From positions 92,651 to 156,650 of the forward strand of contig CAZRJH010000001.1 in NCBI GenBank assembly GCA_964600575.1: DNA of 64,000 bases. Direction: 5' to 3'. The notes under the pieces were generated by a model that was not told the origin of the DNA, did no database searches, and worked only from the letters and a program-made list of their open reading frames with translations. Positions 1-9,696 of this stretch are shown piece by piece. The position numbers and the translations under genes are program-made. How positions within the stretch are numbered: position 1 is the stretch's first letter; each line of letters starts with the position of its first letter. The DNA is from an uncultured Gammaproteobacteria bacterium. GTDB taxonomy: Bacteria; Patescibacteriota; Microgenomatia; UBA8517.

Positions 1-70
1 CATAGCCAAGCGGCAAGGCACAGCGTGCGCAGCACCTGTATCCGAAGGTTCGAATCCTTCTGGCGCCTCT
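1..70 (+). ncRNA. truncated tRNA-like 3' end (T-arm plus acceptor 3' strand); possibly a tmRNA or tRNA 3' terminus cut by the window edge
   Basis: Canonical T-arm GAAGG-TTCGAAT-CCTTC at 44-60 followed by a 7-nt acceptor-like strand TGGCGCC and a discriminator. An 8-bp hairpin at 20-39 directly precedes the T-arm. No canonical anticodon arm can be folded in 1-43, so a complete standard tRNA is not supported. GC is locally high (about 55%). The 117-aa ORF at 25-378 is rejected as coding. Confidence 0.3.
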
Positions 71-177
71 ACCTGAAGGACTTTCAGGGAACGTTTGTAG
101 CATTGTCGCTACCGACGGCATGTCGAGGTGGCTCTGTGAAGCGATATCCCGTGGAGGGTCACCTTTTGGTCAAGTAT

Positions 178-252
178 TGGCTGCAAGCTCAAACGTGGAC
201 GAGCGCTGAGCTGAAAACTCAGAGGTTTTGGGTTCGAATCCCGAGCAGCCAG
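178..252 (+). tRNA. tRNA-Phe (anticodon GAA)
   Basis: Manual cloverleaf. Acceptor TGGCTGC/GCAGCCA is a perfect 7 bp. D-stem is GCTC/GAGC with GG in the D-loop. Anticodon stem is CTGAG/CTCAG with loop CTGAAAA (U33, anticodon GAA, A37). Variable loop is 5 nt. T-stem is TTGGG/CCCGA with T-loop TTCGAAT. Discriminator is G and there is no encoded CCA. Oddities are U1-A72 and A at position 8. Confidence 0.55.
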
Positions 253-447
253 CTTGCCCAGCCAGTAACTATTTGCAAAAGTGCACACAATCAAGGTGTT
301 GCCTTATCGAACCAGTTTCGAATTTGCAGAAAAAATCCGAACCGAAAGGTAAGGACAGGTATTGACTGGGCATTATGATGTCTCATATTTCGCCGCTCAA
401 AGAAGTTGCGAGAGGATAAGAGGTGTGGGACATCCTAGTTATTTTTT

Positions 448-512
448 GGGGCAGGTATCTGTCAAACTTTTATTAATAATAATTGTTTGAATCATTGACA
501 GAGCCTGCCCCG
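448..512. repeat. long inverted repeat (17/18 bp arms GGGGCAGGTATCTGTCAA / TTGACAGAGCCTGCCCC) with a 30-nt AT-rich loop, upstream of ruvC
   Basis: Arms read directly from the sequence, with a single mismatch. Lies in the non-coding region between the tRNA and ruvC. Confidence 0.45.
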
Positions 513-603
513 TTCGCGTTTTGTCCCGTTAAAATATATTGCAGATAGCTAAAATTTCAATCTGGGAGAAGATGCCGAGACCGAAAGTCGAGGCAGTTTC
601 ATA

Positions 604-614
604 TGGTATATAAT
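604..614 (+). promoter_or_regulatory. putative -10 region (TGgTATATAAT) about 8 nt upstream of the ruvC ATG; near-leaderless transcript
   Basis: TATAAT at 609-614, TG at 604-605. No Shine-Dalgarno sequence is evident before the ATG at 623. Confidence 0.3.
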
Positions 615-622
615 GATTTTCG

Positions 623-1132
623 ATGTTAATCCTTGGAATAGACCCCGGTACTGCAACAACAGGATTTGGTTTGGTGGAATATATTGATGACGGGAATAAG
701 GTTATCGAATGGGGTTTAATAGAAACGGATAAAACAGTTGTAAAAGAAAGACGTCTCGAACATATTTTTGAACAAACACTGGAACTTCTTAAAAAACATA
801 AACCCGATGTTTTTGTTATAGAAAAAGTATTCTTTTCCAATAATGCAAAAACGGTAATTGCAGTCGGACAAGCACAGGGTGTAATGCTTTTGGCTGCCAG
901 TAAAGCCAAAGTTCAAGTAATGGAATATGCTCCGGGTACTATTAAAAAAATGATCACAGGTTCGGGAAGGGCAAACAAAAAAGAAGTTCAGACACACATA
1001 AGGAAGATTTTAGGTAATCGTGTCAAAAGTGCCGCTCACAAAAAAACACACTTTGATAATGAGGCTGACGCGCTTGCAATTGCACTTACGCATGCGTTTA
1101 AAATTGGGGAAACAAAGTTAAAAGATGTTTAA
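623..1132 (+). CDS. ruvC: crossover junction endodeoxyribonuclease RuvC
   Basis: N-terminus MLILGIDPGTATTGFGLVE is typical of RuvC (RNase H-like fold, catalytic Asp in GIDPG). 169 aa. Confidence 0.9.
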   Translation: MLILGIDPGTATTGFGLVEYIDDGNKVIEWGLIETDKTVVKERRLEHIFEQTLELLKKHKPDVFVIEKVFFSNNAKTVIAVGQAQGVMLLAASKAKVQVMEYAPGTIKKMITGSGRANKKEVQTHIRKILGNRVKSAAHKKTHFDNEADALAIALTHAFKIGETKLKDV

Positions 1133-1370
1133 AGTGGGAACCGTTAGTACATTTTTTTCTAAGGTTAGTGTGGCGTTTATTAAATTGGAAAATCCGCTTT
1201 CGGTCGGTGACACTATAAGGTTTGTTAAAAACGGCGAGACAAAATTTGAACAGAAAGTAGAGTCTTTGCAGGTTGGATACCGTAAAATTGATACTGCCGC
1301 CCGCGGGAGTATGGTAGGATTGAAAACTAATAATGAGGTTGAAAAGGAAACCGAAGTATTCAAAATTTGA
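1125..1370 (+). CDS. small hypothetical protein (predicted beta-barrel), translationally coupled to ruvC
   Basis: 81-aa ORF overlapping the ruvC stop by 8 nt. No recognisable motif. Confidence 0.5.
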   Translation: MFKVGTVSTFFSKVSVAFIKLENPLSVGDTIRFVKNGETKFEQKVESLQVGYRKIDTAARGSMVGLKTNNEVEKETEVFKI

Positions 1371-1749
1371 GTGGGAAGAAGCCCCTGATATAAAAGAACG
1401 GGTATTAAGACTGATTACCGTTCTCGAAATGGATACCGTGCTTTTTGAACGGGTCTTCTTTTTTAGATCTGAAGGGTCTAAATCTCGCGCTTATGCAAGA
1501 ACATGGGGTTTTCCAAAAATCTGGCAAAGTGCTCTCGGGGTGGAACCCGCCTATATAATAGAAGTTGTTTCTCACTATTTTGACAAGCTCTCAAAAAGAG
1601 ATCAAGACAAGGTCTTACTTCATGAACTTACACATATTCCAAAGAATTTCTCGGGGGCTCTGGTACCACACACCAGACACGGTAAAAGCAGCTTTCATAG
1701 AAAGTTGGATGAGTTGATAAGCAGGTATTACCAAAAAGAAAACCTATGA
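1333..1749 (+). CDS. putative zinc-dependent hydrolase/metallopeptidase (HExxH motif, SprT/DUF45-like)
   Basis: HELTH(IP) motif with a downstream His. 138 aa. The start is uncertain because it overlaps the previous ORF by 38 nt. Confidence 0.45.
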   Translation: MRLKRKPKYSKFEWEEAPDIKERVLRLITVLEMDTVLFERVFFFRSEGSKSRAYARTWGFPKIWQSALGVEPAYIIEVVSHYFDKLSKRDQDKVLLHELTHIPKNFSGALVPHTRHGKSSFHRKLDELISRYYQKENL

Positions 1750-2420
1750 AGTCATTTCTTTTACACGGCGACGACAATGTAAGAAGTTACGAAAGACTTA
1801 CTAAATTTATTGATAGTGCAAAAAAAAGAAATTGGGAACTGAACTTTGTCGACGATACTAATACTTCTTTTAGAGATGTATTTGCTTCAACATCTCTTTT
1901 TGGAGGTGAGCGGTTTTTTATTCTTAAAAAAGTCAAAAAAATCCCGTTGAGAGATTTAGAGTGGTTGGGTAGCCATGCCGAGAAACTCGAAGGTACTTTG
2001 ATAATTTATGACGAAGGTGTCGTAGGTAAAACAATACTTGAGGTGTTACCCAAAGATATTGCTGTAGAAACATTTACTCTCCCGGTTATAATTTGGAGTT
2101 TTTTAGAAGGAATTTACCCAGGGAGTCTCAAAAATACCCTAAATTTATTCCATAAACTTTTAGAGAACAACCCCCCCGAGTTTTTACTTCCATTTGTCGC
2201 CAAGCATTTTAGAAAACTATATTGGGCAACAAACGACCCCGGTAGTCTTAAAGTTGATACATGGAAAATGGACAAATTAAAAAAACAAGCCGAAAAGTTC
2301 AAAGATTTAAATTTGGCACTAATAATTTTTAAACTTTCCGAAATAGATATAGCATCCAAAACAGGAAGAGGTGATTTGGTTTCTTTACTTGACCTTTTCT
2401 TTGTTGAGATATTAGAATAA
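1746..2420 (+). CDS. DNA polymerase III delta subunit-like protein (HolA family, short form)
   Basis: N-terminus MKSFLLHGDD matches the HolA N-terminal pattern (xxYLLyGeE). 224 aa. Overlaps the previous gene by 4 nt. Confidence 0.4.
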   Translation: MKSFLLHGDDNVRSYERLTKFIDSAKKRNWELNFVDDTNTSFRDVFASTSLFGGERFFILKKVKKIPLRDLEWLGSHAEKLEGTLIIYDEGVVGKTILEVLPKDIAVETFTLPVIIWSFLEGIYPGSLKNTLNLFHKLLENNPPEFLLPFVAKHFRKLYWATNDPGSLKVDTWKMDKLKKQAEKFKDLNLALIIFKLSEIDIASKTGRGDLVSLLDLFFVEILE

Positions 2421-2438
2421 CTTCTGCCCTTTTCCCAT

Positions 2439-4550
2439 ATGGATTTAAAAGATAACGAACTTGTTTTGCAAAAAATTAAGAACGGATTTGCAACTCTAAA
2501 AGTTGAGGATAAATACAAGGAGAAGGCTCTTGGTTTTATTACTTCATGGCTAATCGATCCCGAGTTTAAAGATTATGTTCCACAAATCCTGCATTTTGTT
2601 GAAAGTGGGGATTGGGATTATCTTTTGGATTGTTTTTATCAGGTTATACCGTTTGGTACAGGCGGCAGGCGAGGCGAGGTTGGTATCGGTCCCAACAGGA
2701 TCAATAAATGGACTATCCAGTCTTCGGCACAAGGGCATTCACAATATTTAAAAAAGATTTACTCGGATTCTGTTTCTACCCGTGGAGTTGTACTTTCTTA
2801 CGGTGTTAGAGAATTTTTTACCAATAAACATATGAACGAAAGTTTACCCAACCCTGTAAGAAATCTTAAAGGTGTTGACTTGGCCAACGCGGCAGCAGAA
2901 GTTTATTCGGCAAACGGAGTGAAAGTATTTTTATTCGACGCCCCGCGTACAACTCCGGAGCTATCTTTTGCTATAAGATATTTAAAAGCTACTGCAGGGG
3001 ATATGTTTGATGCCTCCCACAACCCGCCTGAACATAACGGCAAGAAAGTCTACGACGAGTTTGGAGGACAGCTTGTTCCACCAGACGATGAAGCCCTGGT
3101 TAACGAAGTTACTAAAAATGTTAAGGAAATTTTTAAAATTACATTGGACGAGGCTAAGGCAAAGGGTTTATTGGAAATAATCGGAGAAAAAATAGATAAC
3201 GCTTTTGTAGACGAGATTGTAAAAATTTCGCTTTCCAAAAACAGAGACCTTAACATTGTTTACACCCCGCTTCATGGAGTCGGTTCTACATCAGTACTTT
3301 TGGCACTCCAAAGACTTGGTTTTAGTGTTAAAAGCGACCCTAAAACAAGTTTTCAAAGCGGAAAGTTTGAAAATGTAACATTCAATATTCCAAACCCCGA
3401 GGTTATTCAATCGTTTGACACCACATTAGTCTTTGCCAAGGAGGTAAACGCCGATATTATTTTAAATAGCGATCCCGATGCAGATAGGATTGGTGTTATG
3501 GTCAACCATAATGGCGGCTGGACTTATCTAAACGGAAACGAAATCGGTGCAGTTTTAACCGCGTATGTTTTAGAAAAAACAAAAGACAAAATTAAAAAGG
3601 GTGTTGTTGTAAAGACTACTGTAACAACAAATCTAGCAACAAGAATCGCTGTTCAAAACGGGGCAGAAATTATTGGAGAACTCCCCGTAGGTTTTAAATA
3701 CATAGGACAAGAAATGAATCGGTTAGAAAAAGAAGGAAGAATTGGGGATTTTCTTTTGGGTATAGAAGAAAGCAACGGATATATTGCGGGCAACTATTTG
3801 AGAGATAAAGACGCGGCAATTGCAGGGGTTTGGTTGGCTGAATTGGCTGCCGATATGAAAGTTCAGGGTAAAACACTTGTGGATTACCTTACCGATGTTT
3901 ATTCAAAATACGGTTACTTTAGAAACTATCTTACGGAAATCAGACTTCCCGGTGCCGAGGGAATGGAGCAAATACAAAAAATTCAAAAATCCTTAAGAGG
4001 TAAAACCCCAACTGAGTTTGCAGGTTTTAAAGTTAAAGAGGTGGAAGATTTCCAAAACAGAAAACCTATCGTCTCCGAAACAGACAATTCTTCGAAAGAC
4101 TTGATGGTTTTTCATATGAAGCCGCCCGAAGGATACGAAACGATGCGAGTTACAGTAAGGCCGTCAGGTACAGAGCCGAAATCTAAAATGTATTTTGAGA
4201 TAGGCACAAAGCCTTTTGAGCTTTCGGAATATAAAGAAATAAAAGACAAAACCGAAACTCTTACAAAAGAGTTTGAGAAGTCCGTTCTTAAATACTGCTA
4301 CAAAATAATTGGAATCGATTTTCCCGACAGAGGATTCTTGCTTTTTTGGCAAATTCCTATGAAAGATAAAATGAAATATTTTGAAATAGAACCGCAAATA
4401 GAAGCACTAAAATCCGAGAAAGATCAAAAAGTTAAGGAGGAAAAACTTAATCAAGTAATGGAGTTTTTGGGCAAAGATCCAATTCAAAAAGTTGACGATG
4501 CTTTTAAAGCAAAGAATGGTGTGGGAATAAAAGAATATCTCGGATTGTAA
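2439..4550 (+). CDS. alpha-D-phosphohexomutase (phosphoglucomutase/phosphomannomutase family) with C-terminal extension
   Basis: Active-site phosphoserine motif SHNPPEHNG, sugar-binding GIEESNG and metal-binding DPDADR motifs. 703 aa. Confidence 0.8.
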   Translation: MDLKDNELVLQKIKNGFATLKVEDKYKEKALGFITSWLIDPEFKDYVPQILHFVESGDWDYLLDCFYQVIPFGTGGRRGEVGIGPNRINKWTIQSSAQGHSQYLKKIYSDSVSTRGVVLSYGVREFFTNKHMNESLPNPVRNLKGVDLANAAAEVYSANGVKVFLFDAPRTTPELSFAIRYLKATAGDMFDASHNPPEHNGKKVYDEFGGQLVPPDDEALVNEVTKNVKEIFKITLDEAKAKGLLEIIGEKIDNAFVDEIVKISLSKNRDLNIVYTPLHGVGSTSVLLALQRLGFSVKSDPKTSFQSGKFENVTFNIPNPEVIQSFDTTLVFAKEVNADIILNSDPDADRIGVMVNHNGGWTYLNGNEIGAVLTAYVLEKTKDKIKKGVVVKTTVTTNLATRIAVQNGAEIIGELPVGFKYIGQEMNRLEKEGRIGDFLLGIEESNGYIAGNYLRDKDAAIAGVWLAELAADMKVQGKTLVDYLTDVYSKYGYFRNYLTEIRLPGAEGMEQIQKIQKSLRGKTPTEFAGFKVKEVEDFQNRKPIVSETDNSSKDLMVFHMKPPEGYETMRVTVRPSGTEPKSKMYFEIGTKPFELSEYKEIKDKTETLTKEFEKSVLKYCYKIIGIDFPDRGFLLFWQIPMKDKMKYFEIEPQIEALKSEKDQKVKEEKLNQVMEFLGKDPIQKVDDAFKAKNGVGIKEYLGL

Positions 4551-4559
4551 TTTTCCTAA

Positions 4560-5333
4560 ATGAAATCACACAAAGATTATTTTGAAGTCGCACAAAAAAT
4601 AAACGAAGACGTGGCTGCATATCTTACTGCGAACTTTGGCACCGTTAAAGAGATGACCCAAAAAGAAGGCAGTCATTACGGAATAAAAGAAGACTTGGTA
4701 GCCAACAAGATGTATGAGGACTTTCTAAAAAAAGAAACTCCGGAGGTTGCATTGTTTACGGAAGAAGGCGAGCGTAATTTAAAATCCGATTTAGTTTGGG
4801 TGATAGATCCCATAGAAGGCACCTCCAACTACCGTTCGTGTAATCCGTTTTTTGCTACCCAGATAGCTCTTCTGGAAAAAAACGAACCCGTTCTTTCGAT
4901 TGTGAATTCTCCAATTCTCAATCAAAAGTTCACGGCGGTTAAAGGTAATGGGGCGTTTTTAAACTCTAAAGAAATTAAACCCGGTTCCCAAAAAGATTTA
5001 GACAAATGTTTGGTAGAAATGGGTCGAGGCACCACAAACGAAGATAAAGATTGGTATGTTGAAACACTTGGTAAAATTATCAAAAAAGTAAAAACTTGCA
5101 GGTCTTTCGGCTCTGCAGGGCTTTGCATTTCATATGCCGCCGCCGGAATATTTGATGTTTATGTCAATAACGGAAGTCAAATTTATGACTTGGCCTCAGG
5201 AGCTTTAATTGCAATGGAGGCAGGAGCAACCGTTACAAATTTTGAAGGGTCGCCTTGGTCGGTATCAGCCGGCAAAAATATCTTGATAACAAACTCTGAT
5301 CTTTCGGATCAATTTCTAAATCTAATAAAATGA
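4560..5333 (+). CDS. inositol monophosphatase family protein (IMPase/FBPase-type; may act as fructose-1,6-bisphosphatase)
   Basis: Motifs FTEEGE, WVIDPIEGTSNY and FDVYVNNGS/YDLASG are characteristic of the Li-sensitive phosphatase family. Confidence 0.8.
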   Translation: MKSHKDYFEVAQKINEDVAAYLTANFGTVKEMTQKEGSHYGIKEDLVANKMYEDFLKKETPEVALFTEEGERNLKSDLVWVIDPIEGTSNYRSCNPFFATQIALLEKNEPVLSIVNSPILNQKFTAVKGNGAFLNSKEIKPGSQKDLDKCLVEMGRGTTNEDKDWYVETLGKIIKKVKTCRSFGSAGLCISYAAAGIFDVYVNNGSQIYDLASGALIAMEAGATVTNFEGSPWSVSAGKNILITNSDLSDQFLNLIK

Positions 5334-6274
5334 AAGGAACATTTTTATCCGTAGGAAATTTATATTTGGAAACAAACTTTCTTGGAGTGCTTGCGAACGG
5401 GAGTGATGTTTTAACTGTAGGCAAGGAATATTCTGCAAGCAGCTACGAAAGCCTTCTTGGAGGGTCGGCTGTTAACTTTGCAACCCAGCTTAAGAAATTG
5501 GGTGTTGATGTAGGAGTTTTGGGGAAGATCGGGGAGGATGTAGAAGGCGAAAAACTAAAAAATTTATTAAGCCAAGCAGGAGTAGAAAACAAATTTGTTA
5601 AAAAAGAAAAAGGCGTTCAGACAAACTATGCGTTTGGAGTAGTTTTTGAAGGCAGTGCCCAAAATATTCAATTTGCAGCCGGGAGCGCTAATCAGTCGTT
5701 AAATATAAAAGACATCGATTTGGAATCAGAGGACTTTAGCCAAGTTTCTGATATTTATTTTGGAGGGTCTTTTAAACAAAAAAAGTTGTGGCCTTATTAT
5801 CCGGAGTTGTTTAAAACCCTTAAAGAAAAAGGAGTACGAATATTTTTGGACCATGGCAGGGTTCCTGTTGATGCGAACGACGAATGGATTTCTTATGTCT
5901 TTAAGTCCTTACCTTACGTCGAAGGTTACTTTTTGAATAACGACGAAGTATTAGATGTAACAAAAGAAAAAGATATAGAAAAAGCTCTTCAAAAAATAAA
6001 AAACTTTAATAATGGCTTTACTGCACTTAAACTGGGCCCTTTGGGTTGCAGAGTAGAAACTGCGGAGGAATCGTTTGCCTCCGAAGGTCATAAAGTTGTT
6101 GCAGTTAACACGGTTGGGGCGGGAGATGCATTTAATGCCGGCTTCATAAGTAAATTTATTAATGGATCGAGCCTCGAAGATTCCGCCAAGTTTGCAAACG
6201 CGCTTGCGGCTATAAGAGTAAGTTTAAATCATCAACCCGAGCAAAAAGAGGTAGATGATTTTTTAAACAAATAA
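5330..6274 (+). CDS. PfkB-family carbohydrate/nucleoside kinase (ribokinase-like)
   Basis: C-terminal VNTVGAGDAFNAGF motif (PfkB signature 2) and the overall ribokinase pattern. Overlaps the previous gene by 4 nt. Confidence 0.7.
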   Translation: MKGTFLSVGNLYLETNFLGVLANGSDVLTVGKEYSASSYESLLGGSAVNFATQLKKLGVDVGVLGKIGEDVEGEKLKNLLSQAGVENKFVKKEKGVQTNYAFGVVFEGSAQNIQFAAGSANQSLNIKDIDLESEDFSQVSDIYFGGSFKQKKLWPYYPELFKTLKEKGVRIFLDHGRVPVDANDEWISYVFKSLPYVEGYFLNNDEVLDVTKEKDIEKALQKIKNFNNGFTALKLGPLGCRVETAEESFASEGHKVVAVNTVGAGDAFNAGFISKFINGSSLEDSAKFANALAAIRVSLNHQPEQKEVDDFLNK

Positions 6275-6288
6275 ATTAGAATAAACCA

Positions 6289-7329
6289 ATGGCAGATTCC
6301 GAAACGATTAAAAAACTGGATACAATGGGTGTAAAAGTCGCACTCGATAAATTTTGCGACCAGATAGAAACAACTTTTAATCAAGCTCTAGAAAGTAATA
6401 TAGAAAAACTAAAGTTTGATAAAGTTGTGATTAGCGGAATGGGCGGCTCCAGTAACGCCGCAAAGCTTATAGCGGGCGTGTACGAAGCCGACTTACACGT
6501 TCCTATATTTCCGTACAACGACTACAGGCTTCCTGCCTGGGCCGATAAAAATACTTTAGTTGTAAGTAACTCGTACTCCGGTAATACGGAGGAGAATCTT
6601 TCCACTATCGAGGCGGCAGAAAAAATAGGGGCAATGGTTATTGGTGTAGCCACGGGGGGGAAGATTGCAAAAATGATAGAGGAAGAAAAAATCAAAGGAG
6701 CGGTAATAACCCCGGGTGAAACAAATCCTACGGGGTTTCCAAAAACAGGTCTAGGAGTTTCTTTGGGTGGGCTTTTGGGTGCTTTGGTTAAAGTTGGTTT
6801 ATTGGACGTTTCCAAAGACTCTTTGTTGTTGGTGCTTGATGAAATTAAGAAAGTTGCAAGTGAGTGGAGTGTCCAAAAAACAGCAGAATTTTTACACGGT
6901 GCCTCACCTGTGCTTTATTGTGGGCGGCCCTTTGTAGGAGCTCTTAATGCCGGGCGCAACGCTATGTGCGAAATTTCCAGAAACTTTACACAGTTTTATG
7001 ATTTCCCTGAAGTTAATCATGTACAAATAGAAGCCACGCAAAAACCCGAGTGGGTAAAGACACAGCTCAAGTATGTTTTTTTTGAAAGTGAATTTTTGAA
7101 CGAAAGAGTTAAGCTTAGATACAAAATAACAAAAGAAATTTTTGATAGACAGGGACTAACTCACAGGACTGTTAACTTAAAGACTTCTACTAAACTGTCT
7201 CAAGCTTTGGAACTCGCCTATTTCTGCGGTTCGGTAGCTTTTGAGCTTTCTATGTTAGACAACACCGATCCGGGCCCCGAACCTTGGATAATTGAATTAA
7301 AACAGGCACTCTCCCAGCCCGTCCACTAA
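6289..7329 (+). CDS. SIS-domain bifunctional phosphoglucose/phosphomannose isomerase (archaeal-type PGI/PMI)
   Basis: VVISGMGGSSNAAKLIAG SIS-domain motif typical of the bifunctional PGI/PMI family. 346 aa. Confidence 0.6.
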   Translation: MADSETIKKLDTMGVKVALDKFCDQIETTFNQALESNIEKLKFDKVVISGMGGSSNAAKLIAGVYEADLHVPIFPYNDYRLPAWADKNTLVVSNSYSGNTEENLSTIEAAEKIGAMVIGVATGGKIAKMIEEEKIKGAVITPGETNPTGFPKTGLGVSLGGLLGALVKVGLLDVSKDSLLLVLDEIKKVASEWSVQKTAEFLHGASPVLYCGRPFVGALNAGRNAMCEISRNFTQFYDFPEVNHVQIEATQKPEWVKTQLKYVFFESEFLNERVKLRYKITKEIFDRQGLTHRTVNLKTSTKLSQALELAYFCGSVAFELSMLDNTDPGPEPWIIELKQALSQPVH

Positions 7330-7373
7330 AAGGAGGTTGAAAAAGTTTTTCCTAACTTCTATTATTAATATGT

Positions 7374-9641
7374 ATGGCTGCCCACCCGCTTGTTGCCTTT
7401 TTTAAGGATTTAGATAAACACGACACACTTCTTGTAGGCGGTAAAGGTGCAAATCTTGGAGAAATGACCAAAGCCGGGTTTCCCGTTCCAAACGGATTTG
7501 TCGTTACCGTAAACGCATACGATGCTTTTCTGGAAGAAAATAATCTGGCAAAACATGTATATGAAATTCTTGCCACAACAGATGTAAACGATCCGCATCA
7601 GTTAAGTAGTGCTTCAACAAGAATTCAAAAGATGGTTACAAACGGCGTTTTTCCGGAAATTGCCGCAAAAGAAGTAGTTAAGTCTTACAAAAAACTTTCG
7701 GGTGTGTTTAAAAAAGCCTTGGTTGCAGTTAGATCTTCCGCTACGGCGGAGGATGCGGGTGATACATCGTTTGCAGGTCAGCAGGCTAGTTTTTTGAATG
7801 TTAAAGGGGATGCAAACCTTTTGATGATGGTAAAAGAGTGTTGGGCATCGCTTTTTACCCCCAGATCAATTTTTTATAGAGTAGAAAACAAAATTAAACA
7901 CGAAAGCGTGAAGATCGCCGTAGTCGTGCAAAAGATGGTTCAATCAGAAGTTTCCGGAGTAATGTTTTCTATCGACCCCACAAATAACGACAAAGAAAGA
8001 ATAATAATCGAATCGGTGTGGGGACTTGGAGAAATGATAGTTCAGGGCTCGGTTGTGCCGGATAAGTATGTTGTTCAAAAAGGAACATTTATGACACTTT
8101 CTAAAGAGATTTCCGACCAGTCTGTTCAACTTATAAAAGAAAACACAATAACAAAAGAAAGAGAAGTTCCGCTAAAAATTCGCGGCAAACAAAAGATTAC
8201 TGACGAAGAAATAACAAAGCTGGCAAAAATCTCGGCTAGACTACAGGAACACTATTACTTCCCGCAGGATAGTGAATGGGCAAAAGAGAAAGGTGAACTT
8301 TACATTGTTCAGACACGTCCCATTACAACAATAGCTGCTGTTAAAAGAACCGAAAGAGCCGAGTCTAAAGACGGCGTTCAGATGGCTCAAGCCCCTATAC
8401 TCACGGGAGCTGCCGCATCCCCTGGGATGGGAACGGGAACCGTTAAAATTCTTAAAAGTCCAAAAGAAATAGGAAAGATTGGAAAAGGCGATGTCTTGGT
8501 GGCTCCCATGACCTCCCCCGACTATGTACCTGCAATGAAAAAAGCGGAAGCGATAATCACCGATCAGGGCGGGCAAACTTCCCATGCGGCGATTGTTTCC
8601 AGAGAACTCGGCATACCTGCAGTTGTTGGTACGCAGACTGCTACAAAAACACTAAAAGACGGAATGATTGTTACGGTAAACGGGGAGACGGGGCAGATTT
8701 TTTCGGGGGCAAAGGTTACCAATGAAAATGTTGAAAAAGTTGATACAAAACCAAAATTTGCTCACACCAAGACCGCAACCAGAGTTTATGTTAATTTAGC
8801 CGAGCCGGAGCGGGCCGCGGAAATATCTAAACTTCATGTCGACGGCGTCGGACTTTTGCGGGCAGAATTTATGATTGCCAACATAGGAATTCACCCTAAA
8901 GAAGCTATAAAGAAAAAGGAGCAGGGGAAGTTTATCGAAAAACTTGCGGATGACCTTACCACTTTCTGTCGCAACTTTTACCCCAGGCCTGTTGTTTATC
9001 GTGCTACAGACTTTAAGACAAACGAATACAGGAGCCTTCCGGGAGGAAAGTATTGGGAGCCCGAAGAACCAAACCCCATGCTTGGTTTTAGAGGGGCTTA
9101 CAGATATGTAAGTAATCCCGAAGTTTTTAATCTAGAACTTACCGCCATTAAAAAAGTTAGAGAAAAATATGACAACCTCCATTTGATGATTCCGTTTTGT
9201 AGGTCGGTTGAGGAGTTGGCCAAAGTCAGAAGACTTGTCGCCTCGGAAGGTCTTTTCGAAAAATCATCTTTTAAGTTTTGGATGATGTGCGAGATCCCTA
9301 TAAATGTTATTCTGATAGAGGACTTTATTAAGGTAGGAATAGATGGTGTATCGGTCGGCTCCAACGATTTAACAATGCTTTTGGAGGGAACAGATAGAGA
9401 CAACGCCGAAGTTGCTACAGAATTTAACGAAAGAAGCGAAGCGGTTTATTGGGCATTGCGTAGAGTAATCAGGAAATGTCACAAACACGGGGTCACAGTT
9501 TCTATTTGTGGACAAGCGCCTAGTGAATATGAAGACTTGGTTAAAAAACTTGTTAAATGGGGCATAACCAGTGTTTCTATAAACCCCGATTCTGTGGATA
9601 GAGTTAGGGGCGTAATAGCAGAAGCAGAAAAGGAGATATAG
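7374..9641 (+). CDS. ppsA: phosphoenolpyruvate synthase / pyruvate,water dikinase (PEP-utilising enzyme family)
   Basis: N-terminal ATP-grasp motif GGKGANLGEM, phosphohistidine swivel domain GGQTSHAAIVSRELGIPAVVG and C-terminal PEP-utilising TIM-barrel domain. At 755 aa it fits PpsA rather than an approximately 880-aa PPDK. Confidence 0.8.
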   Translation: MAAHPLVAFFKDLDKHDTLLVGGKGANLGEMTKAGFPVPNGFVVTVNAYDAFLEENNLAKHVYEILATTDVNDPHQLSSASTRIQKMVTNGVFPEIAAKEVVKSYKKLSGVFKKALVAVRSSATAEDAGDTSFAGQQASFLNVKGDANLLMMVKECWASLFTPRSIFYRVENKIKHESVKIAVVVQKMVQSEVSGVMFSIDPTNNDKERIIIESVWGLGEMIVQGSVVPDKYVVQKGTFMTLSKEISDQSVQLIKENTITKEREVPLKIRGKQKITDEEITKLAKISARLQEHYYFPQDSEWAKEKGELYIVQTRPITTIAAVKRTERAESKDGVQMAQAPILTGAAASPGMGTGTVKILKSPKEIGKIGKGDVLVAPMTSPDYVPAMKKAEAIITDQGGQTSHAAIVSRELGIPAVVGTQTATKTLKDGMIVTVNGETGQIFSGAKVTNENVEKVDTKPKFAHTKTATRVYVNLAEPERAAEISKLHVDGVGLLRAEFMIANIGIHPKEAIKKKEQGKFIEKLADDLTTFCRNFYPRPVVYRATDFKTNEYRSLPGGKYWEPEEPNPMLGFRGAYRYVSNPEVFNLELTAIKKVREKYDNLHLMIPFCRSVEELAKVRRLVASEGLFEKSSFKFWMMCEIPINVILIEDFIKVGIDGVSVGSNDLTMLLEGTDRDNAEVATEFNERSEAVYWALRRVIRKCHKHGVTVSICGQAPSEYEDLVKKLVKWGITSVSINPDSVDRVRGVIAEAEKEI

Positions 9642-9696
9642 TATAAATCGGTTGAAAATTATATTATTAATTTAGACAGAAATATAAAATAAATTT

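Noticed and set aside
25-378. 117-aa ORF covering the start of the window
   Set aside because: It spans the tRNA-like fragment and tRNA-Phe and a GC-rich structured region. No start context, and the tRNA-Phe cloverleaf explains the sequence better.
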